Part shown: one piece after another, positions 14,901 through 28,415 of the stretch | Numbering within the stretch: the first letter of the stretch is position 1 | How the letters are laid out: the number at the start of each line of letters is the position of its first letter | DNA from: Eledone cirrhosa | Lineage: Eukaryota | DNA length: 64,000 nt | NCBI GenBank assembly: GCA_964016885.1 | Contig: OZ024742.1 | Span: 83,266,001 to 83,330,000 of the forward strand | Direction of reading: 5' to 3' | Notes under the pieces: generated by a model | Told to the model about the DNA's origin: nothing | The model's input: only the letters and a program-made list of their open reading frames with translations | Database searches by the model: none | Position numbers and translations under genes: made by a program

Positions 14901-17100
14901 CTTAATTCAAACATATGCCATGGACACCATAGCCATATTTTATTTATTTCGTTGGTAAAAATAGATATACTGAATACTTGAATTCTTGAAGGGGAGTTTA
15001 TTTTGCGTTCTAAGATCGTGTTGTGTTTATGTTTTAATGCCTTATGATGATTTATTTTTTGTTATTTAGTACAACCTCAGCTCCGAAAGAGAAGATCACG
15101 CAAAGCATCCCAGCTGTTATTATCCCATATTTTTGTATATCAGAGCTACCTTAGGAAAGGGATTTCGTCATAGATAGATGCACGTACACTAACTCACTGT
15201 GCTGATTGTTTTGCTGGCTGCAGCAACGATGACCACCAAGCCTTGATTTACGGCGTAATATTTGTTTCTTTTTCAGTTATTATTTATGCCCATCATAATA
15301 GGTGACTAAATTTTGATCAACATGAATGACAGAATATTATATAATTCCTTTTGGTAACTCAGTAGGGTGTTATTTTCGACTGATTCTCCTACCTTGAATG
15401 TCTTGTCATTAGCCATATACATTTCAGCAAGTTGTTTGTTACTAAAACAAAATATCACTTTTACTTTAAAATGTATAAGAAAGTGGTTTCGGATGAAATG
15501 TAAGAAATATTGTTGTGGTTGTTCTTCTAGTCGTTTTATTCTTTTATTTCCTTTTTTTTTTGTTAATAACGTTGATAACCTCAGTTTATCTCCAATCATA
15601 ACGACCAATAGTCACATGCCTTCAATTGGTAGTTATGCCGTTCTTTTTCTTGTTGATTTCGGGTGCATTCCATGTATGAGCAGAATGCTAGATTAATTAG
15701 ATTTACAAAGACATTAGAATGTAATTTCAGAGAGATCTGGGATTTTAATGAGGTCAAGTAACTGAAAAGTCATCAATTAAGAAACAGGAGTTGGAATATG
15801 TAAGAAAGCAAAAGCAAAAACAGAAAAATTAATGATTATAAATATTGAAAAAAATCATTACAGGATAAATAGAAGACAAATAGAAAAGAAGGAACACCGA
15901 ATGAATTTGAAGAACAAGAAAAGAAAATATTTAAAAATAAGAAAGAAATACTAAAGAAATGGTTGAAATGACGAAAACCCTAGGAGGAAAAAATAAAGAG
16001 CCAAAAAGTATGATGAAAAATAGAAAATAGAACATCATAAAATAATATAAAGAATAATTAAAATGAAGAAAGAAACGAGATTGCATCGAAAGAATGAATG
16101 AAGAAAATATTACCGTTAGAAGGAATCTACACGCAGAGAAAAGAAGAAATAGAAAAAAAGCAATACGTCATAAATTGGAATAACTACAGAATAAAATAAC
16201 GAAAAACCAAACCAATGAATGGTAAAACAATACAAAATTGAACCAAAATATAAATTATAAAAAAAGGTAGCAAAATAATATAAAGATCAACAAATATCAA
16301 AAGGACAGACGAGAAACAAATTTTAAAAAATAATGTTCCATTCCGAGTAAAAAATAGATAAATAAATAAACTTACCTACAAGGAAACGAAACGAAACAGC
16401 AAAACAGACAAACAATCAGGCAACTCTGTCGATAGCGATAAATCATTAAAAGGAGCTATCATGTGTACAAGTGGTGTCATCCATAAAATAATTGATAGCT
16501 AGCCGAAAGAAATGACTTTGAATCGAGTTATTGGTCTAGAAAAATACGTAGAAAATAACGTTTAAGAGTCCTTATTAAGTCTGCCATACATTATCTCCCT
16601 TGGCACTAATTCTACTCATTAATTTCATTTTTATATCTTACTACATCTCATACTCTCTCTCCCTTTCTTGAACACAATTTCTCTCTTTCTCTTTTGCTTT
16701 ATACATTTATTCATCTCCCTCACCCATAAAGCACACTATTTCTTGTGTATTGCAGCCCATCACCACGCCTCTCCTTGTTTCACTACCAGTTTTTGTTTCC
16801 TTTGAACACAACTATATTTTTATACATTCATAAAGGTATACATTCATACCTATCTATCTACCTCTCCCACTCTCTCCCTCTCTCTCTCTGTCTATATATA
16901 TATATATATATATATATAAATGAAAAGTATAGAAATTATTATAGCAAGAAGCCAACAGTATTCCATAATATATAAGTAACTATAGCGTCAAAATGGGAAA
17001 CGTAAGATGTGGGAAAAATAATTCAAACTCAATTCAAAAAGAATCAGGATATAGATTTATCTTTAGTGAAATCAATAGAGCCTTTATATATATATATATA

Positions 17101-17149
17101 TTTCAGAAGATCCCGTTAAGGGTGAAAGCAGTGATTCTTTGCTTAAACT
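17101..17149 (+). ncRNA. Hammerhead-like motif with CAGAAGA core (second copy)
   Basis: Differs from 2911-2959 by one loop base; flanked by (TA)n. Confidence 0.5.
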
Positions 17150-17165
17150 TTAATCTGTTATTTTA

Positions 17166-17206
<41 letters not shown>

Positions 17207-17221
17207 TTTTACTATAGATGA

Positions 17222-17270
17222 GATTCTACAGGACTAGAACTGTTTCATTCTTTAGAAATCATCAGGAATC
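17222..17270 (-). ncRNA. Type I hammerhead ribozyme (canonical)
   Basis: Minus strand gattc-CTGATGA-tttctaaagaat-GAAA-cag ttctagtc ctg-TA-gaatc; GUA cleavage triplet. Confidence 0.8.
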
Positions 17271-17324
17271 CCTGTGATTACCTCCGATTCAACCTGGAAT
17301 AACGTATAAATATATATATATATT

Positions 17325-17385
<61 letters not shown>

Positions 17386-17424
17386 TACGAGGTTATAGTT
17401 CACTTAAAGCATTGTGTAATGAGG

Positions 17425-17855
17425 TATAAACGTTTGAATATGTGTAATAAAGCCAAAACAATGCAGGTATGGACATAGAAAAAAGAATGCAATCGTAAAA
17501 GATATTGTTGACAATTCGTCCTTTACCTTAAATTTATTTAAATGTCCTTAATTTTCGAGATAATATCTCTTCTTCAGAGGGAAATAAAGGTCTCAAACCA
17601 GCGTTCTAAATATCTAGCCAAGCCATGCTGACAGGAAATAGTATACTATTTCCTGTCAGCATGGCCTGGCTGGATATATAGAACGCTAGTTTGAGACCTT
17701 TATTTCCCTCTGAAGAAGAGATATTATCTCGAAAATTAAGGACATTTAAATAAATTTAAGGTAAAGGACGAATTGTCAACAATATCTTTTACAATTGCAT
17801 TCTTTTTTCTATGTCCATACCTGCATTGTTTTGGCTTTATTACACATATTCAAAC

Positions 17856-17862
<7 letters not shown>
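17425..17862. repeat. Near-perfect ~438-bp spacerless palindrome carrying mirrored minimal hammerheads
   Basis: Centre ...aggaaatagta|tactatttcct... at 17643/17644; arms match with few mismatches; ends in (TA)n. Confidence 0.9.
17706..17741 (+). ncRNA. Minimal type I hammerhead (mirror copy on minus strand at 17546-17581)
   Basis: ccct-CTGAAGA-agagatattatctc-GAAA-ATT-A-agg; stem III reduced to palindromic AATT as in PLE minimal HHRs. Confidence 0.65.
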
Positions 17863-17916
<54 letters not shown>

Positions 17917-17923
<7 letters not shown>

Positions 17924-18966
17924 CGTAAAATAAGAAAATATTTTTTTTTTTAATTTTTAAAAAATTTTTTACTTACTTACTTAAATTTTCACTCCAACTA
18001 ATTAGTTGCTGCAATGGGATAAAGACAGTTACGTAATCCAACTGTCGAGAATTCATTGCGTCATCAGGGAGTCTATTCTCAGTTAAGTCTCCAGGCAATG
18101 CGCGGACACTGGCGGCTCATATAAAAATAATAATAATTCGGTAGATCGAACAGCTGGCGAGGACTGGATTCTATGTACCGAAATTCTCACTGCTTCAGGT
18201 CAAATGGCCGATTCTAAAGAATCAATCACGTGACACAGAGGCTAGTTAGAAGGAATGGGATGGTAAGATGACTGACGCCTACTAACACCCCAAAAAAAAA
18301 ATTTTTTTAGAAGTGGTTTTGGCAAGTTTGCTCGACAAATCAGTGATTTGGAGATAAATTTAGATAATTTAATATATCAACTAACATAAGCGCACAGATG
18401 CACGCCCATGCTAGCAAATCACTGATTTGTCGAGCAAACTTGCCAAAACCACTTCTAAAAAAATTTTTTTTTTGGGGGGTGTTAGTAGGCGTCAGTCATC
18501 TTACCATCCCATTCCTTCTAACTAGCCTCTGTGTCACGTGATTGATTCTTTAGAATCGGCCATTTGACCTGAAGCAGTGAGAATTTCGGTACATAGAATC
18601 CAGTCCTCGCCAGCTGTTCGATCTACCGAATTATTATTATTTTTATATGAGCCGCCAGTGTCCGCGCATTGCCTGGAGACTTAACTGAGAATAGACTCCC
18701 TGATGACGCAATGAATTCTCGACAGTTGGATTACGTAACTGTCTTTATCCCATTGCAGAAACTAATTCGTTGGAGTGAAAATTTAAGTAAGTAAGTAAAA
18801 AAATTTTTTTAAATTTTTTAAAAAAATATTTTCTTATTTTACGTCTTTTATATTATTGTTCTGCATTCTCCTGCATTGAACCACCTAGGTACTATGACAT
18901 AACCTGTGTATTTGCTAGCATGGGCGTGCATCTGTGCGCTTATGTTAGTTGATATATTAAATTATC

Positions 18967-18970
<4 letters not shown>
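17917..18970. mobile_element. Family A-related element in inverted (foldback) configuration
   Basis: 17917-18350 is the reverse complement of ~18415-18850; spacer is the reverse complement of 18910-18970; HHR in each arm; (TA)n flanks. Confidence 0.85.
18695..18776 (+). ncRNA. Type I hammerhead ribozyme (long stem II); mirror copy 17991-18072 has GCAA for GAAA
   Basis: ACTCC-CTGATGA-cGCAATG..GACAGTT/AACTGTC..CATTGCa-GAAA-ctaattcg-TT-GGAGT. Confidence 0.8.
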
Positions 18971-19026
<56 letters not shown>

Positions 19027-19204
19027 GAAAGAGAGAGAGAGAGAGATGTCTAAAGAGTATATATAGGCATGCATATACATGTGTGTGTGTGTGCATGTGT
19101 GTATATACATATGTGTGTGTGTGTGCATGTGTGTGTATATATATATACATATGTGTATGTGTGCTTGTGTGTGCTTGTGTATATGTGCATGTCCTTCATT
19201 ATAT

Positions 19205-19340
19205 GTGACGTCCCTTTACAGTCTGAATTCAAATCCCGCCGAGGTTAACTTTGCCTTTCATCCTTACGGGGTCGATAAAATAAAGTACCAGTAATGAATC
19301 GGGTAATTGCTGGCCTTGTGCCTAAAGTAGAAACAATTAT
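19205..19340 (+). mobile_element. SINE fragment with Nin-like core
   Basis: ctgaattcaaatcccgccgaggttaactttgcctttcatccttacggggtcgataaaataaagtaccagt. Confidence 0.75.
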
Positions 19341-19585
19341 ATGTTAGTGTTATTATTATCACTTTGTATTGTATTTTTGTGTAAAGGTCATATATGGAGA
19401 ATTATATGGAGAATTATAACAACGTATATATCTATAATACAGTCAAATATATCTCCAGCCTCATTCGGTAGAAGTCAACATAACGAAGAAACATGCACAC
19501 ATGACATTTTACTCATTTGTACAAACATACATACCCACACGCACGCGAAGACATACACACACACACACACACACACGCACTTATA

Positions 19586-19669
<84 letters not shown>

Positions 19670-20560
19670 TATGTATTCACATAGAGAGAGGGAGAGACAG
19701 AGAAAGAGAGAGGGCGATGCATTTCTAATCACAATCTACCGTAAGAAAAAAAAGAGCAATTATTTCCACGGCTGCTTAAACTTGTAACCATTTCACATGG
19801 ACGACCTTGTTGCCCATTACACGAAGGAGTAACTTCTGAATTACCTTTTATACACTTAGTAACCAATCCACGGAAATTACAGACATTATCGTAGCCATTA
19901 GGTATGAAGAGGATGCGATGTTCCACTACTGTATAACACACTCAGAAGTCTCAATAAAATTCGATGTTTATGTTTAGACCAAAATCCGAATGATAAGACA
20001 GTAAAAATCTACATTATGTTTCGGTTTAGATTTTAAACATACATTATAACGTGCTAAATATAAGCACTTCCCTGTCAATGGAAAACAGATATACAACTCT
20101 AACCGCTTTTCGCAGCAACTATTCTAAAAAATGATTTTAATAAAAATGTCATTCAGTTTATTATATTAAAATTCCTTTCCAGAGACGGAAGAATCTCCAC
20201 AAATCTAACTCTGTGGCGTACATGTGGCATGGCTGATCGATATAAATATTGAGTTCCCAACTGATAGGTGCTCATCATGCAACATTCCACAATAACACTT
20301 GACAAGACTCAACATAGATAGTGTTGTCGTTTATGGAATACCATTTTGCAACCAATTGTTGGTAATATTTCATTATTGTTTAATATGTCATGTGTGCATG
20401 TTTCTTCGTTATGTTGACTTCTACCGAACGAGGCTGGAGATATATTTGACTGTATTATAGATATATACGTTGTTATAATTCTCCATATAATTCTCCATAT
20501 ATGACCTTTACACAAACATACAATACAAAGTGATAATAATAACACTAACATATAATTGTT
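19331..20560. repeat. ~175-bp inverted repeats (19331-19507 / 20386-20560) bracketing ~0.9 kb
   Basis: Mirror ORFs 19341+ and 20309- share the same peptide; arms near-identical. Confidence 0.85.
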
Positions 20561-20819
20561 AAAAAGGCCGAGGTTGACTTTGCCTTTCATCCTTACGGGG
20601 TCGATAAAATAAAGTACCAGTAATGCACTGGATAATTGCTGGCCTTGTGCCTAAAGTAGAAACAATTATTGTTTAATATTTTTATTGCATTCAACTTTCG
20701 TAGGGATCGAGAGGACAATCAAACTTAACAAACAAAATCTATTCCATTATCTTAGAATTGATTGCCCAGCATACACACAAGCCGGCGTGCACACACACAC
20801 ACACATATATGTTCATACG

Positions 20820-21690
20820 TATATATTTATTGTAAAAAGAGCTGCAGGAGTATAGGATCGATGGTCAGCTTAAGACTCTATAAGAATGCCTTAGTAGATG
20901 TGGTCAGATAAATGGTGCTAAACCATTCAATGTGGGTGCTGAACACCACCAAGGGTGCACAATGTCACCTCTCCTGTTCATTATCATCGTAGAGAAGATT
21001 GACAGACAGAACCGGGATAGAAGTAGTATCGAGAATGGCGGCGTTGGATCTGACAGCTGGACTTTAGTCAGAAGGTGATCTCCGACATGCACTTGATTGG
21101 TTTGGTGCCTACTGCTCTACGACAGCAATGAAAATCAGTGCTGCAAAGACTGGGACACTGACACTCGTTTTCTCAGAGAAACCTGTACAGTGCACTCTAT
21201 ATATGAGCAATATTCTACTGAAGGAGGTTGAGAATTTCAAGATTCTCGGAGCCGTGGCCACGATTGGTGAATTAAGTGCAAGAATTGCAGGAGCTGGTGC
21301 AGTAATAAGCCAGCTTCAACATCAGAAGAAGTGGGGTAGGAGTAAAAACCAAACAAGCTATCTTCAATTCGGTATTCGTGTCAAACCTTACCTATGGTCC
21401 TAAGTTTTTGTGTAATAACCGTAGGAATACGATAACAAATACAAACGCTCGAAATGGGGTTCCTCCGAAACGACACTAGAATAAAGATACTCGATAGAGA
21501 GCAGAGCTCGGAGATCAGAGAATCGCTCCTGGTAGAGCTGTAACTTCTACGAATTGAGAAATCATAACTACAATATTAAGCGCATGTGGTTAGAATGCCT
21601 CAAAAAAGAATTGAACACGCTTTACGATTGAGTGGACCCCGAGAAAAATGGTTAGATATATCCTTGAGCTCGGCTAGTCACGCTTGGGGA
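20820..21690 (+). mobile_element. Decayed RTE-clade LINE fragment (RT 3' part)
   Basis: KPFNVGAEHHQGCTMSPLLFII and MKISAAKT..VENFK motifs; many stops/frameshifts; related to 60930-62440. Confidence 0.7.
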
Positions 21691-23765
21691 TTCCTTGTAT
21701 GACTAAAATTATTATCTGTTATATTCGTATGATCATATGTGGGTAAATATCACTGTAGGTCTGTGTGTGTTGTTGTACAAGAATGTACACTTCTTTTGCA
21801 CAGATATTTTCTATCGTTATTATCGCATACATGAACATCTTGTCAGAACATGTACTAAAAAAATAATGGCTCCATGCGTTGTAATTAATAATTTCACTTT
21901 TTAATCCTGACATGCAGGATTCGATTCCTATGCATGATTATCTAACCACACATCTTCGAACATCTCACGTTATCCCAATGTGGATTGAAAATGAGTATTA
22001 GCTCGCCATAGAGACAATCTGACGATTACATAAAGAATGCGTGTCTACATATACTATAGTACAATAAACAAACAGTAATCTTTGTTGAATAGCTGGGACA
22101 CGCATATAACATTGCCAACGCAGTATTTAATTCATATTTGAAATGTATCTTTGCTGTAAAATGAAATAGTCACACATCAAAAAAAAATATAGTTTATGAC
22201 TACTGTGGCATTTGATAATTTCTCACAACCACTCGATAAACTTTGCAGTGACAGAATAACTGAATTTTAAACTTAGTCGCAGTTTTGTTTGTTGTGACAT
22301 GATTACAATTTAATAATTTCAGGGTGAATAGAAGAGAATAAAAATTAAGTAAATGTTTATTGAAAGCGACATTCGAAATGGGAATAGCATTTAGCCATTA
22401 TCTAAAATATGGAATATCGCTAGAAGTGTCGGACATGTGTGTGTAGACTTTTGTGCTCATATTAACTCCCTCCATTTCTACATACATTGAAATAAATGGA
22501 TGAATACGCTATCTCTAATTATGTTGAACCTGGTGCCTTTCTCTATAATCTAGTAAAGGGAACAAAATGGCTATGGCGACAATGACGGTTGATCGCACAA
22601 AAAGGTTTCTATTAACATGCCCAAAACAATGCCAAAGAACGATAGTATCTGTCTATTTTCAAGTTGAGGTAAAAACCGTACAAAGTCGGTTTTTAGACAA
22701 ATTTTGCAAACTATTTACAGGAATACTAACAAACAGTGTGGGTTCTAAACACGAAAGAAAAGGAACATAATTTTCAGGAAAAGTAGCAATAACATGAACA
22801 ACAATAACAATAACAAGAACGATATAGATATGATATACATTTCTTGCCTTTCATTCCAGCGACAAGTATCTTTTTACTATAAAAGTTTCTCACAGAAAAA
22901 TATTATTTTCGAAAATCTAATAATTTTAATTATATAAAGGTGTATCTAATGTAGGTACAGTTGTGAACCACACTTTTAGAATTTCGAAAATAATATTTAT
23001 ATATAATCGCGTACGATATACATGTAGCAATAGAGGGATACTTCACCTTACTATGCAAGATCGAAAATATTGAACGGAAATCATTCCTTAACATTCATTC
23101 ACACACGAACAATGCAAATCACGATACAATTTTAGACCACCATACTCTTATTTGCAAAACTCCTTACGGTAGTGAAGGTGAACGGTTAAAATTGTAGATA
23201 TATGAATGATGAATTTATTTATAGTAGATATGAACTTTAATTAGTACCCAGAAAAGAGAACTATATCAAAAAAGCTTATATTCGATTTTATACAAGCGCC
23301 TCCTAAAACAGCTTAAATACCCTCCGGTTTCTAGTTTTAGTACCGTCATATGTGTATGTTCAAATATGCATCTAGTAAAACTACCGTATATATTTTTTGT
23401 GTTCAAATTCCCTTTTATTCCTATATGACTAATAAACTAAAGAATAAATAATATACTATGTCGATTCGATCGACTATAGCTTTAGCGTTATAGAAAATTG
23501 ATCTTGTGTATCATCAAAAGAAACTATAATTGACAGTGTAGACATATACCTTTTGGGAGTCGGCCTTCCAGAATAAAGTAAAAATACAACACAAAAGCCC
23601 GCGCACAATAGCACACACACACATATACACATATAAATATGAACATATGCGTATATGTATATAAAGATATTTATACAGCTATGTATATATATATATATAT
23701 ATATATATCATATAAATATGTGTGTGCGTATGTGTGAATCTGCGCGCATATGCGTGTATCATATA

Positions 23766-23829
<64 letters not shown>

Positions 23830-24021
23830 AAACACACACGCGCGCATATTCACACATACTTACACACATAATTATATGATATATATATATATGTATACAC
23901 ACACATACACATAGCTGTATAAATATCTTTAGATATATATACCCATATGTAGATACTTATATATGTGTATATGTGTGTTTGTGTGTTATACACGCACATA
24001 TATATATACATATATATATAC

Positions 24022-24077
<56 letters not shown>

Positions 24078-24092
24078 ATTTATATATATATG

Positions 24093-24123
<31 letters not shown>

Positions 24124-24130
24124 GTATATA

Positions 24131-24169
<39 letters not shown>

Positions 24170-24181
24170 CATACAAATATT

Positions 24182-24252
<71 letters not shown>

Positions 24253-24429
24253 CATACATATATTTGTACAAATACGTACCCAAACAAGGTATATGAAACT
24301 AAGAGGATACACATAACGCATCGTCAAATTAACATAAAAAATAAAACATTTTAAAGGTTTGTTTTGCCAAGGAAGCAACTAAAACTGTGTAATCAGCAGT
24401 TAAACCACCATCAAAAACAACAGACATAA

Positions 24430-24760
24430 TAATTATTTCTTTATTGGCCATGAGGGCTGAAACATAAAGTACAATGCAAAAACACCGAAAGTGCGGATCT
24501 ACATAGAACGTGTAAAAAGGATAGCAGGAAACATTTAACATTAAATTAATAACAATAGACCTCTCCAATAGAGATGAGTACCATCTAGGGATAACTTAGG
24601 AACCCCACAGATTCCAACCCCCTCCCCTAATCACCAAAAACATCATCAGAAGTTTTCCCACAATTCTTGAGCCTATAGGGGCATAGTCAGAGTACGCCCA
24701 TTAACTCAAGGCATCCTTGCTACATTCACCTACCTTTCAACAAATCTACAGCTTTCTTGT
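24430..24760 (-). mobile_element. 3' end of Tx1/L1-like LINE
   Basis: Minus strand FVER*VNVARMP*VNGRTL followed by tail ..ccctcatggccaataaagaaataat, homologous to 24795-25270. Confidence 0.5.
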
Positions 24761-24794
24761 GGCCGGGAGTAGCCGGCAGTTTTCCTCTGTCTGG

Positions 24795-25270
24795 TGTTTG
24801 TAACGAAGGTCGTTGTGTGGTGGAAGCGGTTGAAAGGACTTAAAACAGACTCTTTCCGCTTCCGTCAAGCCCTCATCAACTTCGTCATGTTCCATATAGA
24901 AAGGAAGGTGAGGGTGGAGAGGGAAATGCTGCCATCGAGTCCATTTGTTAAAAGGTCGATCAATGTAGTGAGGATGGCCCGCGTGAATGTGTCTATTCTC
25001 AGCATATACCTATCGGCTATTGAGTTCAGAGGGACGAAAGGTGTCTTCCTCGGGCACCCTTGACGATTAGGGTGGGATTTTACCTGTGGGCCTCTCGAAC
25101 TACCCATGTTTTATGTTTTCCCTATTAGGGAATGTTGTTCTTATCATTTTTTTTTTTATGGTTTTCTGATTTTCGTTTTTTACACGTTTGATGTAAATCC
25201 CCACTGTTCTTTTTCTTTTGTACTGTCCTCTATATTTCGGCCCTTGTGGCGAACAAAGAAATTATAATTA
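24795..25270 (+). mobile_element. 3' end of Tx1/L1-like LINE
   Basis: VVWWKRLKG..ALINF..HIERKVRVERE..FVKRSINVVRM resembles Tx1-type ORF2 C-terminus; T-rich 3' UTR ending cccttgtggcgaacaaagaaattat. Confidence 0.55.
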
Positions 25271-26099
25271 TCATATTTTTCGCTTATTAACCACTAGGGC
25301 TCAAAGCATTGTGCACAATACATGGGCAAAAGAAAATAACAGGGTGGGGTTTATATTCTTTCAGATATCGTCTCTCGGTCTACAGATGCATAATCAGAGT
25401 AGGCCAATTCACTGAGTTAATACTTGCCGCTCTGACAGTAATTTACTCGGGATAGCGTTTCTGTATCCTACCCGACCATCCTTCTAAAATGAAACATAAA
25501 AAAGTTGACGAGGGATTAACCGGAGAGAAATGCGTCTGTCTTCAGTATAGACAGCCACGAGCTAGAAGGTGCAGAATTCGCGACTGCCGACGCCAACAGC
25601 CACAGATACAGAATACTTCTAAGATCGACCGTTTTTCCATATCTTATTTTCTGAAAAACCATGGCCGCTCCAGCTATCGATACAGACTGACATACAATTC
25701 GTAGTCATCGAAAATGCGTGTGAATATGTGTGTAACAGAATTTCTTGTCTTGACAGTTCACTCACATTCATTAAATCTACGTTCGATTTGTTGATGATTG
25801 TAAAGGCTGACTGATATGAAACTGCCTCTCGTTAGGCTCCAGGGTTCTACGACTGAAGCTGTCTTCTTTGCCTTCTCCCACATTTTAATCCGGGTAGTTA
25901 CATAGTTAGAAATCTGCGCATTGATGTCTGTTTGTGTTTTATTGTGGAATGATTTGGTGTCATATTTTATTGTTGCTGTTATTTTGCAGGTTTCTCTTGA
26001 CATTTTTGCCACATTTTGATTGCCTGAACAACAATTAGAGGTAATGTTGTTGGTGTTGTTTTTCTTGCCTTTGTAGCTGTTCTTTCTGTTAGTGCGGTT

Positions 26100-26430
26100 G
26101 TGTTGAGCAGAAATCAATCTGATGTACCATACTTCCGCATTATGCATACAATTAGTGTTGCGGATAGAGCAATTGGCTAGGGTGCATCCATTATCCTCGT
26201 TGGGGCGCTGCCTTGTGGAGAGGCATCTTCACAGGGAAGGTCCAGAGTGAGCTAGTTTGATATTGAAGCCCTATCTGCTGATGGCTTTGCGTATGGCGTT
26301 GATGGTTTCCTCGCTGAGATGTGGGATCTTGAAGAAGTAACTGTTGTTTGTGTTGGTCCGGTCTCTGGGTGTCGGGCTTCATTGTGGGGGTGGAGAATGA
26401 AACTGGGTAGCCGTTAATCTCTAGTACATT
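26100..26430 (-). mobile_element. Decayed PLE fragment (thumb/linker region)
   Basis: LEINGYP motif, then LKIPHLSEE..IRKAI in another frame and a CTLANCSI Cys linker. Confidence 0.5.
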
Positions 26431-26519
26431 CACGCACACACATGCATATATCATATATTTCACAATGCGCACGTTCGAAATTTTAACGTTTTTTTTTCAT
26501 TTCATTTAACTTATATCAG

Positions 26520-26631
26520 CTCTCCAAACAAGCAAATCAATCCGATCGATTTTTTAAGTCTCTCATGGGGTTACTCCTTTGATAATGGGTTTTTAAACCC
26601 GAAAATATCTGGGATAGATAAATTTGCTAAG
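26520..26631 (+). CDS. Candidate internal exon of an unidentified host gene
   Basis: Polypyrimidine ..atatcag acceptor, AAG|GTAAGT donor, only one open frame: SPNKQINPIDFLSLSWGYSFDNGFLNPKISGIDKFAK. Confidence 0.35.
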
Positions 26632-26746
26632 GTAAGTTTCCTTTGTTATATTGGCGATTTAATGTGTTTCTTAACGCATTATTTGGCTGTCAAAATTATT
26701 AAAATTTCTGTTTCTTATTCAACAATGTTTCAAGCAAGCAACAAAA

Positions 26747-26812
<66 letters not shown>

Positions 26813-27158
26813 CTCTCTTTCACTCATGAGAGTTTCGTGTTTTAAGAGGCAAAATACAATTCCGTTCTCGTCACAGGAAATTTTATGTGTACTTGTCGTA
26901 GCTTAATTGCTACAGGTTACTGTCCTTCCCCGTCTCTTACTCCATAAGACAGCACTTTGACTTGTGACAGAAACTGTGACCCCGGGTGGACCAGCAGTAC
27001 CGTTTGTAGGGGTCGAAACTAACAATGATCCGGAAGTTCTGTGTCTTTCGTTTGTAATTTTATTTTCAAAAATAAATCTTTTAAGGTTTCTACTTAAAAG
27101 AATTGTTTTACGTTCTGCCTTGTATTGGTTCGATGTCTTTTTCTCTCTACTTTTATCT

Positions 27159-27237
<79 letters not shown>

Positions 27238-27242
<5 letters not shown>

Positions 27243-27718
27243 TAAACGGAATAGAAAATGCTGACAAATTGTTCACAGTTGAAAAATGGTTTAATTAGGA
27301 ATAAAAGAGTATTAGTGATTGTATGGGTTAGTATTCAGTTGTGGTTTTAAGTTTTTAAGTTTTTACCGGTTGCGCATTTCTAAATGCTTTTCAAAAATAA
27401 TTTTGAGATAGAGTGTCCCTGCTGTTTGCTCTGATTTGATTAGTTTTGGGAATTCTACCTGTTTTTATGTTAAAAAAATGGCTCCAGCGTTATTTTTGTG
27501 TTGCAAAAATGCTTGTGGTCAAAACAATTTTGATTGGTCGGTAGAGGTCATGTGAATGTAAAAAGTTGATTTTGCGCCAAGACTGTTTTTATGTTAAAAT
27601 GTTAGAAAAGTGGCTCCAGCAAAAATTATGGTCAAAACAATTTTGATTGGTCGGTAGAGGTCATGTGGATAAAAAATTGGTTTTGCGCCAAGATTGAGAA
27701 ATGACTCTTTCACAACAA

Positions 27719-27804
<86 letters not shown>

Positions 27805-27907
27805 TAGTAGTAGTAAGGTGTTCGATGCTGCGACAATAGCCACCAGCGATGTGTGTCAAATGGCTATTAAGATAAGTGTGTGTGTGTGTGTGTGTGTGCG
27901 TACATAC
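27238..27907 (-). repeat. 3' pseudo-LTR of the PLE
   Basis: Near-identical to 32078-32757 (few substitutions, GT-tract length differences). Confidence 0.92.
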
Positions 27908-28036
27908 ACACAGCAGAGTCATTCGAAGGTCAAAAGATATTTTTCAGCTTTTGTCTTATACGGAGAAGTGCGTGTGTGTGTGTGTGTGTGTATAAGTCTC
28001 TTTGTATGTTGATGTACGCGTGTGTATGTGTTTGTG

Positions 28037-28075
<39 letters not shown>

Positions 28076-28415
28076 GTGGGTGGACCAGTATTTGTTTCCC
28101 CCCTGGTAAAATGGTGTACCTTATTCGATTTTTTCAGTAAAATCGGTTCTCTTAATAGAACATCAACAATCTTAACAATAAAAGGTGTGAAATGATATTC
28201 ACTATATATATATACACACACACACACACATATATATATTTTCACTACATATATATATATATATATACATATATACATACATATATATGCACATATATTT
28301 TTTTGTATTGCGCCATAGAGCATGTGTGTTTACGTGTGTCATTGTGTTTATATGTGGGTAGAGATGTGTGCTGATGTAGGTATGTATGTTGACGTGTGTA
28401 TGTTGTGGGTTCGTC

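Noticed and set aside
15306-15696. Overlapping ~100-aa ORFs, faint MULE-like (DKTFKV) resemblance; a similar hint at 4188-4391
   Set aside because: Motifs too degenerate to call without a profile search
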